Positions 42,710 to 52,701 of a stretch of DNA of 64,000 nucleotides are shown here, one piece after another. Positions within the stretch are counted from its first letter, which is position 1, and every line of letters starts with the position of its first letter. The DNA is from Porphyridium purpureum (Eukaryota), in contig VRMN01000011.1 of assembly GCA_008690995.1 (NCBI GenBank), positions 248,001-312,000 of the forward strand. The letters run 5' to 3'. A model generated the notes under the pieces. The model had not been told where the DNA came from. It did not search any database and saw only the letters and a list, made by a program, of their open reading frames with translations. The translations under genes and the position numbers were made by a program.

Positions 42710-45700
42710 CTATCTCGAATTTTCAAGACAAGCAACACCCAATAAGGTTTTGCATTTCAAAAACATTTCTCGAGGAACCACTTTGGTTAGGAAATCTGCT
42801 GCCTGATCTGATGTGCGAATGTAAATAGCCTTGACTATTCCCCGTTGCTGACATTCGCGAGCATAGTGCTTTCTCACGTCAATGTGCTTCGACCTTTCGT
42901 GCACAATCGGGTTCTCACTCAGTTTCAGTGCAGCATCATTGTCACAAAACATTGGAATCGATTTCGACTTGAATCCTAGGAATTCCATGAGATATTGAAA
43001 CCACTGGGCTTCTTTACATGCATCCGAGAGAGCCATGTACTCTGCTTCGGTTGTGGACAGCGCCACAGTTGGTTGTAGCCTGGATTTCCAGGAGACAACT
43101 GATCCATTGATCGTGAAAGCATATCCGGTGGTTGACCTTCGCGTTCGAAGATCACTAGCATAGTCTGAATCAACGTAACCAATTAGGTCGGAGTTGCCAT
43201 TTGAGCTAAATTGGAGACCATAATTTATGGTTCCTTTAAGATATCGCAGCACTCCCTTTGCCGCATTCCAATGGGATTCATTGGCATTTGCCATTGATCG
43301 TGCAAGCACTCCCACGGCGAAGGAAATATCCGGACGCGTGCAAGTGCACAAATACATTAGTGCTCCCACGAGTTCCATGTAAGGCATCTTGCATGGTTCT
43401 GCAGTAGCAGTATACCACTTCGTATCCTTTTCCATGGGAAGCTTCCTTGGATTCGCCGATTCCATTCCGAACCTTTCCAGGATGGTTTGGACATACAAGC
43501 TTTGATTAAGTCTGATAATGCCATTCCTTTGATCATAATCAAGAGTGTAGCCGGCAAATTTTTGCTTGACCACTTGCCCAAGATCCCTGACTTCAAACTT
43601 GCCTTGCAAATGCAGAAGCACTTCATTTGAAGTAACTTCGTCTTCACCTATGAAGACCAAGTCATCGACGTAAATCATGATATACGGACCATTTGGACCC
43701 TTAGAAAACAGACAAGGATCTGCCGTACTTTCGGAAAAATTGATTTCTTTAAGTGCTTGCACAAGAACTTGATTCCAAGCTCGAGATGCCTGCTTCAATC
43801 CATAGATTGCTTTACGCAGTTTCAGGACTTTTCCTCCTTCATGTACGAATCCAGGAGGCTGTTCCATGAAAATTTCTTCATGAAGTTCTCCATTGAGAAA
43901 CGCAGTCACCACATCGAAAAGTCGAATTTTCAACTTTCTTGCAGCTGCTACTGCCAGGACCGTTCGAATAGTGTTGTGTCGCACAACAGGGCTGAACACT
44001 TCGTCGTAGTCCAAACCAGGTTTCTGAGTGAAACCTTTTGCGACAAGTCGACACTTGAACCGATCAATTTGTCCGTTGACATTATATTTGATCTTAAAAA
44101 CCCATTTGCATCTGACAGGAATTCGGTCCTGTGGACGATCGACGAGCTCCCACGTGCAGTTGCCAGTGAGAGATTCCAATTCTCTATTCAGAGCTTCCAG
44201 CCATTGCTCAGAGAAGTCACCCTTTAGTGCTTCTTCGACTGACCGAGGTTCAGAAACGGTGGAAATTATTCCAACGAATTGATTTGCGACATATCCACTG
44301 TCTTGACTTTCGTCATCCTCAGTATTCCCAAAGTTTCCATTTGGAGCTTTTTGGAACCCTAAATCTTTCGAATTATTCTGAACTTTTTCCAGAAACGTTT
44401 CTCCGATTTCATTTGAAATAGAATATTCCTGACTGCGATCATCCATTTGTCGAGTGGAATCTGTTTCAAAATTTTTTGACGCGATTTGAGACTTTTCATC
44501 AAACGACTTCGAGAAATCTTTTGGAAACAACTCTTCGACAATTTTATCGAAGTTGGAAAAATATTCCGAATCGTGGATTTCATGTTCATGAACATCTATT
44601 CCAACGACAGACTCATCGAAAGTGACATTTCGACTTTCAACGACCGTGCCATCCGATAGAAGAATGCGATAAACGGAATGGACATTTCCATAACCGACCA
44701 AGCATCCAATTGCAGATCTTGTTTCTAGTTTTCCTCGCAATTGCTTAGGAATATGAACAAACGCTCTCGATCCGTAGATTCTGAGATTGCTGAGATCTGG
44801 CCTTTGCCTGAATGCAATTTCTATCGGCGTTTTCCCGCGATTATTTGAAATGCGATTTCGCAAATAATTCGCAGTCAACAAAGCATTACTCCAATTTTCC
44901 AAAGGTAGATTACTATCAAACAATAAGCTTCGAACCTTTTCGAGTAATGTCCGATTCATGCGTTCAGCCATACCATTAAGTTCTGGCGTGTAAGCAGAGG
45001 TATTTTCCCAAGTAATTCCAGAGTCTTGGAGATGCCTTTGCACATAAAGGCTTGCGAATTCGCCACCTTTGTCGGACCGAACTCTTTTTGCCTTTGCACC
45101 AAGAGTCGTTTCGAGATATTTAAGTGTGCGCAGTAACATTTCACCCGCTTCACTTTTTCGCTCGAGCAAGTGGACGACACTCAAACTTGAGCATTCGTCG
45201 ACGACAACTAGAAAATATCGATGGTCGTCAAAACTCGAAGGAGTGAGTGGTCCGCATACATCAGTATGAAGGACTTCTCCCGGAACCGCCGAAATGGAAT
45301 TCAATTTCCGCTTCTTAAAGGGAGTTCGTGTTCCCTTTGCCTTTTGGCAAATCACACAATGGTATTCATCCGGAACTTTTAAGTCCGCGGGAATTCCCTG
45401 TACACAATTTTGCGTATTTTTCAGACCAGCAAGTCCAGGATGACCAAGTCGACGGTGAAATAGCTCAAACTTATTTGAAGCTGTGATTGCATTTATTCTA
45501 GCGGCGGATAGTTTGATCATTAAATCACCATCCCCAACCGCTAGGACGGGCCCATCTGACCCAAAATGCAAAACAGATGAACTATCATCGTGTTTGAAGA
45601 CACAGCCCTTTCTCGCTGCGACCTTTGTCGAAAGGAGATTTATGGGTGTGCTTTCGATCAACAAAACATTTTCAAGACGCAAGTCATTAAACTTGTCTTG

Positions 45701-46987
45701 AATAATTGTTTTGAGCATGACATCACCCATCAATGAAACTTCAACATGTTCCCCGTTGGCAACAGTAACAAGTGATTCATCAGAAGGTCTTTCATTCATT
45801 AGAATAGACCTATCCCAAGTGATATGTCTGTCCGATCCAGAATCGAACATCCATTTGTGCGACTTGTGCTTGTGGGGCACAACAGAGACACAGATGGCAT
45901 AGATGGAAGTGGTGGCTTTATTGATTGGTGCAGGGGTCGCTGGGGGGCTAATCATGCGGATATCCAGAGAAGGGCCTTTTGGCACCACGCCCCTTCCCGC
46001 AACGCTATTCGCGTAGGCCTCCCACGACATCCAACCTGGCTCAATGGCTGCCTTTGCCGCCGGAGCCGGTGGTTTCGTCACCTTGGTTTTTACCTGAACC
46101 ACATTCACCCGCGCATTCGGCTTTCCGATGCCGCGTTTCACTGCCTCCGGGTCTGCTGCGCCACTCGCACCAGCAGCCTTGTCGCGCAAGTCATTCTTGC
46201 GCTTAAAGCAACGCTTCGTCTCGTGCCCAACCTTGTGGCAGTAGCCACACTTCAGGTTCTCCTTGACGAGTGCCGTCTTCACGACACCCGCTGAGCGATC
46301 ACGCTGCTGTTGCTGCGGACGCTGGGACACCGCCATTGCGATGGGCGGGGGCTCATCTGCCAACGTGCGCTCGAGCGCTTTTCCGGCCTCCAGCTGGAGC
46401 AGTTGCAGCCGAGCTGCGGAGACCGTGGGCGCCGAATGCAGCAGGTAGTCCTTCGACCCCTGAAACTCTTTGCGGAGCCCGATCACCAGATAACGCACGA
46501 CATGGTCCTCGGGAACTTGCTCACCGATCGAGACAAGCTTGTCCCACAGACCGATTCCGCGATCCAAGTACTCGGCCATTGCCTCGTTCTTGTTCTGGAC
46601 AATGCGCTCCAGCGCCATGCGAAACGCGAACTTCTGCGCCGACAGTTGATCGTGCGCATAATTCGCCACCGCGGACCAACCGTCCGCCGACGACTTATCG
46701 CGGACGAGACGGTCGTACCTGTTCTCCAAGACCCCGGACAGAAAGAACTGTCCCGCCAGGTCCGCATCGTCCCACTCTTCTGCCGTCATCCCGGTAGTTG
46801 CACGCGACGACGACGATGGGCGAACGACCATCCCCGCAACGACGGGCCACAGCTTCACCACACGCAACGCGAGCTTCGTGCGGCGTGCCCAAATGTCGTA
46901 ATTCTCGCCATTGAACTTTTCCACGCCGTTCGCAAGCGCGGACAGCTTCGACGCATCAAACGTAAACGCCATCGCGTCTAGGCTCAT
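42710..46987 (-). CDS. Copia Gag-Pol polyprotein (gag, CCHC, PR, IN, RT, RNaseH), inner copy
   Basis: CGYCHKVGHETKRC, WMFDSGS, HRRLGH..C..C, RSDKGGEF..NGMAER, YGLKQA, YVDD, RPDI, RSKHIDVR, ADFLTK. Confidence 0.96.
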   Translation of the reverse strand: MSLDAMAFTFDASKLSALANGVEKFNGENYDIWARRTKLALRVVKLWPVVAGMVVRPSSSSRATTGMTAEEWDDADLAGQFFLSGVLENRYDRLVRDKSSADGWSAVANYAHDQLSAQKFAFRMALERIVQNKNEAMAEYLDRGIGLWDKLVSIGEQVPEDHVVRYLVIGLRKEFQGSKDYLLHSAPTVSAARLQLLQLEAGKALERTLADEPPPIAMAVSQRPQQQQRDRSAGVVKTALVKENLKCGYCHKVGHETKRCFKRKNDLRDKAAGASGAADPEAVKRGIGKPNARVNVVQVKTKVTKPPAPAAKAAIEPGWMSWEAYANSVAGRGVVPKGPSLDIRMISPPATPAPINKATTSIYAICVSVVPHKHKSHKWMFDSGSDRHITWDRSILMNERPSDESLVTVANGEHVEVSLMGDVMLKTIIQDKFNDLRLENVLLIESTPINLLSTKVAARKGCVFKHDDSSSVLHFGSDGPVLAVGDGDLMIKLSAARINAITASNKFELFHRRLGHPGLAGLKNTQNCVQGIPADLKVPDEYHCVICQKAKGTRTPFKKRKLNSISAVPGEVLHTDVCGPLTPSSFDDHRYFLVVVDECSSLSVVHLLERKSEAGEMLLRTLKYLETTLGAKAKRVRSDKGGEFASLYVQRHLQDSGITWENTSAYTPELNGMAERMNRTLLEKVRSLLFDSNLPLENWSNALLTANYLRNRISNNRGKTPIEIAFRQRPDLSNLRIYGSRAFVHIPKQLRGKLETRSAIGCLVGYGNVHSVYRILLSDGTVVESRNVTFDESVVGIDVHEHEIHDSEYFSNFDKIVEELFPKDFSKSFDEKSQIASKNFETDSTRQMDDRSQEYSISNEIGETFLEKVQNNSKDLGFQKAPNGNFGNTEDDESQDSGYVANQFVGIISTVSEPRSVEEALKGDFSEQWLEALNRELESLTGNCTWELVDRPQDRIPVRCKWVFKIKYNVNGQIDRFKCRLVAKGFTQKPGLDYDEVFSPVVRHNTIRTVLAVAAARKLKIRLFDVVTAFLNGELHEEIFMEQPPGFVHEGGKVLKLRKAIYGLKQASRAWNQVLVQALKEINFSESTADPCLFSKGPNGPYIMIYVDDLVFIGEDEVTSNEVLLHLQGKFEVRDLGQVVKQKFAGYTLDYDQRNGIIRLNQSLYVQTILERFGMESANPRKLPMEKDTKWYTATAEPCKMPYMELVGALMYLCTCTRPDISFAVGVLARSMANANESHWNAAKGVLRYLKGTINYGLQFSSNGNSDLIGYVDSDYASDLRTRRSTTGYAFTINGSVVSWKSRLQPTVALSTTEAEYMALSDACKEAQWFQYLMEFLGFKSKSIPMFCDNDAALKLSENPIVHERSKHIDVRKHYARECQQRGIVKAIYIRTSDQAADFLTKVVPREMFLKCKTLLGVACLENSR

Positions 46988-46991
46988 AACC

Positions 46992-47316
46992 TATTAAAAG
47001 GTCTGATGTATCGGGGAGTCTTTGTGACTTGTCACTAACGCAGTTGCGTGTCCCCTTCGTCGCCCTTGCAACTAACCTTACCTTCGTCATCCGGGGACTC
47101 CGAGCCTCGGCCATCGCTAAGCTCTTCATATAGGCAATCGTAGTGCTTTCACTAGTGAGATTGCCAACTGTACCTCCAGGGCAAAAACCCTTATTTACTA
47201 TAAGTTGGAGAAATACAGAAAGTTGGAGAAATACAGAAAGTTGGAGCTGAAACATTCCCCATGGTATTACTACTTTACCTGGGGAGGGAATCTACCGAAA
47301 CCCTGGATTCATAACA
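46992..47316 (-). repeat. 5' LTR of inner A copy (325 bp)
   Basis: Followed on the minus strand by PBS GGTTATGAGCCTAG. Confidence 0.93.
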
Positions 47317-47438
47317 TGGCCGAGGCTCGGAGTCCCCGGATGACGAAGGTAAGGTTAGTTGCAAGGGCGACGAAGGGGACACGCAACTGCGTTAGTGACA
47401 AGTCACAAAGACTCCCCGATACATCAGACCTTTTAATA

Positions 47439-47452
47439 GGTTATGAGCCCAG
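47439..47452 (+). promoter_or_regulatory. Half-tRNA(iMet) primer-binding site (Hemivirus/Drosophila copia type)
   Basis: GGTTATGAGCCCAG is complementary to the anticodon arm CUGGGCUCAUAACC of tRNA-iMet. Confidence 0.8.
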
Positions 47453-50400
47453 ACGCGATGGCGTTTACGTTTGATGCGTCGAAGCTGTCCGCGCTTGCGA
47501 ACGGCGTGGAAAAGTTCAATGGCGAGAATTACGACATTTGGGCACGCCGCACGAAGCTCGCGTTGCGTGTGGTGAAGCTGTGGCCCGTCGTTGCGGGGAT
47601 GGTCGTTCGCCCATCGTCGTCGTCGCGTGCAACTACCGGGATGACGGCAGAAGAGTGGGACGATGCGGACCTGGCGGGACAGTTCTTTCTGTCCGGGGTC
47701 TTGGAGAACAGGTACGACCGTCTCGTCCGCGATAAGTCGTCGGCGGACGGTTGGTCCGCGGTGGCGAATTATGCGCACGATCAACTGTCGGCGCAGAAGT
47801 TCGCGTTTCGCATGGCGCTGGAGCGCATTGTCCAGAACAAGAACGAGGCAATGGCCGAGTACTTGGATCGCGGAATCGGTCTGTGGGACAAGCTTGTCTC
47901 GATCGGTGAGCAAGTTCCCGAGGACCATGTCGTGCGTTATCTGGTGATCGGGCTCCGCAAAGAGTTTCAGGGGTCGAAGGACTACCTGCTGCATTCGGCG
48001 CCCACGGTCTCCGCAGCTCGGCTGCAACTGCTCCAGCTGGAGGCCGGAAAAGCGCTCGAGCGCACGTTGGCAGATGAGCCCCCGCCCATCGCAATGGCGG
48101 TGTCCCAGCGTCCGCAGCAACAGCAGCGTGATCGCTCAGCGGGTGTCGTGAAGACGGCACTCGTCAAGGAGAACCTGAAGTGTGGCTACTGCCACAAGGT
48201 TGGGCACGAGACGAAGCGTTGCTTTAAGCGCAAGAATGACTTGCGCGACAAGGCTGCTGGTGCGAGTGGCGCAGCAGACCCGGAGGCAGTGAAACGCGGC
48301 ATCGGAAAGCCGAATGCGCGGGTGAATGTGGTTCAGGTAAAAACCAAGGTGACGAAACCACCGGCTCCGGCGGCAAAGGCAGCCATTGAGCCAGGTTGGA
48401 TGTCGTGGGAGGCCTACGCGAATAGCGTTGCGGGAAGGGGCGTGGTGCCAAAAGGCCCTTCTCTGGATATCCGCATGATTAGCCCCCCAGCGACCCCTGC
48501 ACCAATCAATAAAGCCACCACTTCCATCTATGCCATCTGTGTCTCTGTTGTGCCCCACAAGCACAAGTCGCACAAATGGATGTTCGATTCTGGATCGGAC
48601 AGACATATCACTTGGGATAGGTCTATTCTAATGAATGAAAGACCTTCTGATGAATCACTTGTTACTGTTGCCAACGGGGAACATGTTGAAGTTTCATTGA
48701 TGGGTGATGTCATGCTCAAAACAATTATTCAAGACAAGTTTAATGACTTGCGTCTTGAAAATGTTTTGTTGATCGAAAGCACACCCATAAATCTCCTTTC
48801 GACAAAGGTCGCAGCGAGAAAGGGCTGTGTCTTCAAACACGATGATAGTTCATCTGTTTTGCATTTTGGGTCAGATGGGCCCGTCCTAGCGGTTGGGGAT
48901 GGTGATTTAATGATCAAACTATCCGCCGCTAGAATAAATGCAATCACAGCTTCAAATAAGTTTGAGCTATTTCACCGTCGACTTGGTCATCCTGGACTTG
49001 CTGGTCTGAAAAATACGCAAAATTGTGTACAGGGAATTCCCGCGGACTTAAAAGTTCCGGATGAATACCATTGTGTGATTTGCCAAAAGGCAAAGGGAAC
49101 ACGAACTCCCTTTAAGAAGCGGAAATTGAATTCCATTTCGGCGGTTCCGGGAGAAGTCCTTCATACTGATGTATGCGGACCACTCACTCCTTCGAGTTTT
49201 GACGACCATCGATATTTTCTAGTTGTCGTCGACGAATGCTCAAGTTTGAGTGTCGTCCACTTGCTCGAGCGAAAAAGTGAAGCGGGTGAAATGTTACTGC
49301 GCACACTTAAATATCTCGAAACGACTCTTGGTGCAAAGGCAAAAAGAGTTCGGTCCGACAAAGGTGGCGAATTCGCAAGCCTTTATGTGCAAAGGCATCT
49401 CGAAGACTCTGGAATTACTTGGGAAAATACCTCTGCTTACACGCCAGAACTTAATGGTATGGCTGAACGCATGAATCGGACATTACTCGAAAAGGTTCGA
49501 AGCTTATTGTTTGATAGTAATCTACCTTTGGAAAATTGGAGTAATGCTTTGTTGACTGCGAATTATTTGCGAAATCGCATTTCAAATAATCGCGGGAAAA
49601 CGCCGATAGAAATTGCATTCAGGCAAAGGCCAGATCTCAGCAATCTCAGAATCTACGGATCGAGAGCGTTTGTTCATATTCCTAAGCAATTGCGAGGAAA
49701 ACTAGAAACAAGATCTGCAATTGGATGCTTGGTCGGTTATGGAAATGTCCATTCCGTTTATCGCATTCTTCTATCGGATGGCACGGTCGTTGAAAGTCGA
49801 AATGTCACTTTCGATGAGTCTGTCGTTGGAATAGATGTTCATGAACATGAAATCCACGATTCGGAATATTTTTCCAACTTCGATAAAATTGTCGAAGAGT
49901 TGTTTCCAAAAGATTTCTCGAAGTCGTTTGATGAAAAGTCTCAAATCGCGTCAAAAAATTTTGAAACAGATTCCACTCGACAAATGGATGATCGCAGTCA
50001 GGAATATTCTATTTCAAATGAAATCGGAGAAACGTTTCTGGAAAAAGTTCAGAATAATTCGAAAGATTTAGGGTTCCAAAAGGCTCCAAATGGAAACTTT
50101 GGGAATACTGAGGATGACGAAAGTCAAGACAGTGGATATGTCGCAAATCAATTCGTTGGAATAATTTCCACCGTTTCTGAACCTCGGTCAGTCGAAGAAG
50201 CACTAAAGGGTGACTTCTCTGAGCAATGGCTGGAAGCTCTGAATAGAGAATTGGAATCTCTCACTGGCAAATGCACGTGGGAGCTCGTCGATCGTCCACA
50301 GGACCGAATTCCTGTCAGATGCAAATGGGTTTTTAAGATCAAATATAATGTCAACGGACAAATTGATCGGTTCAAGTGTCGACTTGTCGCAAAAGGTTTC

Positions 50401-51720
50401 ACTCAGAAACCTGGTTTGGACTACGACGAAGTGTTCAGCCCTGTTGTGCGACACAACACTATTCGAACGGTCCTGGCAGTAGCAGCTGCAAGAAAGTTGA
50501 AAATTCGACTTTTCGATGTGGTGACTGCGTTTCTCAATGGAGAACTTCATGAAGAAATTTTCATGGAACAGCCTCCTGGATTCGTACATGAAGGAGGAAA
50601 AGTCCTGAAACTGCGTAAAGCAATCTATGGATTGAAGCAGGCATCTCGAGCTTGGAATCAAGTTCTTGTGCAAGCACTTAAAGAAATCAATTTTTCCGAA
50701 AGTACGGCAGATCCTTGTCTGTTTTCTAAGGGTCCAAATGGTCCGTATATCATGATTTACGTCGATGACTTGGTCTTCATAGGTGAAGACGAAGTTACTT
50801 CAAATGAAGTGCTTCTGCATTTGCAAGGCAAGTTTGAAGTCAGGGATCTTGGGCAAGTGGTCAAGCAAAAATTTGCCGGCTACACTCTTGATTATGATCA
50901 AAGGAATGGCATTATCAGACTTAATCAAAGCTTGTATGTCCAAACCATCCTGGAAAGGTTCGGAATGGAATCGGCGAATCCAAGGAAGCTTCCCATGGAA
51001 AAGGATACGAAGTGGTATACTGCTACTGCAGAACCATGCAAGATGCCTTACATGGAACTCGTGGGAGCACTAATGTATTTGTGCACTTGCACGCGTCCGG
51101 ATATTTCCTTCGCCGTGGGAGTGCTTGCACGATCAATGGCAAATGCCAATGAATCCCATTGGAATGCGGCAAAGGGAGTGCTGCGATATCTTAAAGGAAC
51201 CATAAATTATGGTCTCCAATTTAGCTCAAATGGCAACTCCGACCTAATTGGTTACGTTGATTCAGACTATGCTAGTGATCTTCGAACGCGAAGGTCAACC
51301 ACCGGATATGCTTTCACGATCAATGGATCAGTTGTCTCCTGGAAATCCAGGCTACAACCAACTGTGGCGCTGTCCACAACCGAAGCAGAGTACATGGCTC
51401 TCTCGGATGCATGTAAAGAAGCCCAGTGGTTTCAATATCTCATGGAATTCCTAGGATTCAAGTCGAAATCGATTCCAATGTTTTGTGACAATGATGCTGC
51501 ACTGAAACTGAGTGAGAACCCGATTGTGCACGAAAGGTCGAAGCACATTGACGTGAGAAAGCACTATGCTCGCGAATGTCAGCAACGGGGAATAGTCAAG
51601 GCTATTTACATTCGCACATCAGATCAGGCAGCAGATTTCCTAACCAAAGTGGTTCCTCGAGAAATGTTTTTGAAATGCAAAACCTTATTGGGTGTTGCTT
51701 GTCTTGAAAATTCGAGATAG
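47443..51720 (+). CDS. Copia Gag-Pol polyprotein, outer copy
   Basis: Same motifs as the inner copy; three amino-acid differences spotted (L/P, Q/E, N/K). Confidence 0.96.
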   Translation: MSPDAMAFTFDASKLSALANGVEKFNGENYDIWARRTKLALRVVKLWPVVAGMVVRPSSSSRATTGMTAEEWDDADLAGQFFLSGVLENRYDRLVRDKSSADGWSAVANYAHDQLSAQKFAFRMALERIVQNKNEAMAEYLDRGIGLWDKLVSIGEQVPEDHVVRYLVIGLRKEFQGSKDYLLHSAPTVSAARLQLLQLEAGKALERTLADEPPPIAMAVSQRPQQQQRDRSAGVVKTALVKENLKCGYCHKVGHETKRCFKRKNDLRDKAAGASGAADPEAVKRGIGKPNARVNVVQVKTKVTKPPAPAAKAAIEPGWMSWEAYANSVAGRGVVPKGPSLDIRMISPPATPAPINKATTSIYAICVSVVPHKHKSHKWMFDSGSDRHITWDRSILMNERPSDESLVTVANGEHVEVSLMGDVMLKTIIQDKFNDLRLENVLLIESTPINLLSTKVAARKGCVFKHDDSSSVLHFGSDGPVLAVGDGDLMIKLSAARINAITASNKFELFHRRLGHPGLAGLKNTQNCVQGIPADLKVPDEYHCVICQKAKGTRTPFKKRKLNSISAVPGEVLHTDVCGPLTPSSFDDHRYFLVVVDECSSLSVVHLLERKSEAGEMLLRTLKYLETTLGAKAKRVRSDKGGEFASLYVQRHLEDSGITWENTSAYTPELNGMAERMNRTLLEKVRSLLFDSNLPLENWSNALLTANYLRNRISNNRGKTPIEIAFRQRPDLSNLRIYGSRAFVHIPKQLRGKLETRSAIGCLVGYGNVHSVYRILLSDGTVVESRNVTFDESVVGIDVHEHEIHDSEYFSNFDKIVEELFPKDFSKSFDEKSQIASKNFETDSTRQMDDRSQEYSISNEIGETFLEKVQNNSKDLGFQKAPNGNFGNTEDDESQDSGYVANQFVGIISTVSEPRSVEEALKGDFSEQWLEALNRELESLTGKCTWELVDRPQDRIPVRCKWVFKIKYNVNGQIDRFKCRLVAKGFTQKPGLDYDEVFSPVVRHNTIRTVLAVAAARKLKIRLFDVVTAFLNGELHEEIFMEQPPGFVHEGGKVLKLRKAIYGLKQASRAWNQVLVQALKEINFSESTADPCLFSKGPNGPYIMIYVDDLVFIGEDEVTSNEVLLHLQGKFEVRDLGQVVKQKFAGYTLDYDQRNGIIRLNQSLYVQTILERFGMESANPRKLPMEKDTKWYTATAEPCKMPYMELVGALMYLCTCTRPDISFAVGVLARSMANANESHWNAAKGVLRYLKGTINYGLQFSSNGNSDLIGYVDSDYASDLRTRRSTTGYAFTINGSVVSWKSRLQPTVALSTTEAEYMALSDACKEAQWFQYLMEFLGFKSKSIPMFCDNDAALKLSENPIVHERSKHIDVRKHYARECQQRGIVKAIYIRTSDQAADFLTKVVPREMFLKCKTLLGVACLENSR

Positions 51721-51759
51721 AGGTGGAAGGCATGACGAAAAGTTGTCGCTGCGTGGGAG

Positions 51760-52084
51760 TGTTATGAATCCAGGGTTTCGGTAGATTCCCTCCCCAGGTA
51801 AAGTAGTAATACCATGGGGAATGTTTCAGCTCCAACTTTCTGTATTTCTCCAACTTTCTGTATTTCTCCAACTTATAGTAAATAAGGGTTTTTGCCCTGG
51901 AGGTACAGTTGGCAATCTCACTAGTGAAAGCACTACGATTGCCTATATGAAGAGCTTAGCGATGGCCGAGGCTCGGAGTCCCCGGATGACGAAGGTAAGG
52001 TTAGTTGCAAGGGCGACGAAGGGGACACGCAACTGCGTTAGTGACAAGTCACAAAGACTCCCCGATACATCAGACCTTTTAATA
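51760..52084 (+). repeat. 3' LTR of outer A copy (325 bp), with an 18-bp tandem repeat at 51830-51874
   Basis: TGTTATGAATCC...TTTTAATA; CTCCAACTTTCTGTATTT x2.5. Confidence 0.93.
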
Positions 52085-52701
52085 AAAACAGCAGTATTTT
52101 CATTCTTTATTCGCGAAGAGGCTCGATTTCACTGCCCTTCGCCTGGGCATCACAGAAAATTGTTTCATGTGAATCTTTTATTCAAGTTCTTGCTTGTTTT
52201 TAGGCCTTGCATTTTATTGTCTCTTTATTTTCATATCATGGAGCGCTGAAATTGTGTTTGTTGGTTTGATAGGCCCGCATAGACGAGTTTGTTGCTTTTA
52301 TCAGTTCAATCATACGGACGGACCTTCATGAAAAAGTGCAGGCGGCATGTTTTCCTTCCATCGGTACTCTTACGTTTTGCCTTGCAGCTCATATGGACAA
52401 GAGGCCTTCTTGCTTTGATCAAATTGTTCATGAAATACGACCACAACTTTCAGTGGGACAATCCTACTCATTATCTACTGGGGAGGCTTTTGTTTTGCAA
52501 TGTAGATTGTTGCGCTGCTTTCATGTCTTTTCTTGTGTACGCCTTGTCGTATGAATCTTTCCGTTAATTTCTATAAATTCGCCTTCGCTTTGGAAAAAAC
52601 CCTCTTCTTGCTCACACCCCTGGCATTTCTTCGGAACTATGCATGACTTAATGGATTAAAAAGTTAGATGTTCTGCTGAAACTCAGAAACCATGTTGACT
52701 C

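Larger units (their letters stand above)
42346..47316 (-). mobile_element. Copia LTR retrotransposon family A, inner complete copy in reverse orientation
   Basis: 325-bp LTRs at 46992-47316 and 42346-42670, identical by eye; TSD TGGCC at 42341-42345 and 47317-47321. Confidence 0.95.
42286..52084 (+). mobile_element. Copia LTR retrotransposon family A, outer copy; its 5' LTR is interrupted by the inverted inner copy
   Basis: TSD AAAAC at 42281-42285 and 52085-52089; split 5' LTR 42286-42345 plus 47322-47438; 3' LTR 51760-52084; PBS at 47439. Confidence 0.9.

Noticed and set aside
51830..51874. 18-bp direct repeats as a CRISPR-like array
   Set aside because: Contiguous tandem copies without spacers, inside a eukaryotic LTR
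42346..52084. Giant inverted repeat as a long-read fold-back artefact or DNA transposon TIRs
   Set aside because: Two nested TSDs (TGGCC, AAAAC), an asymmetric spacer and substitutions between arms fit a real nested LTR insertion; no transposase is present. Read confirmation is still needed.
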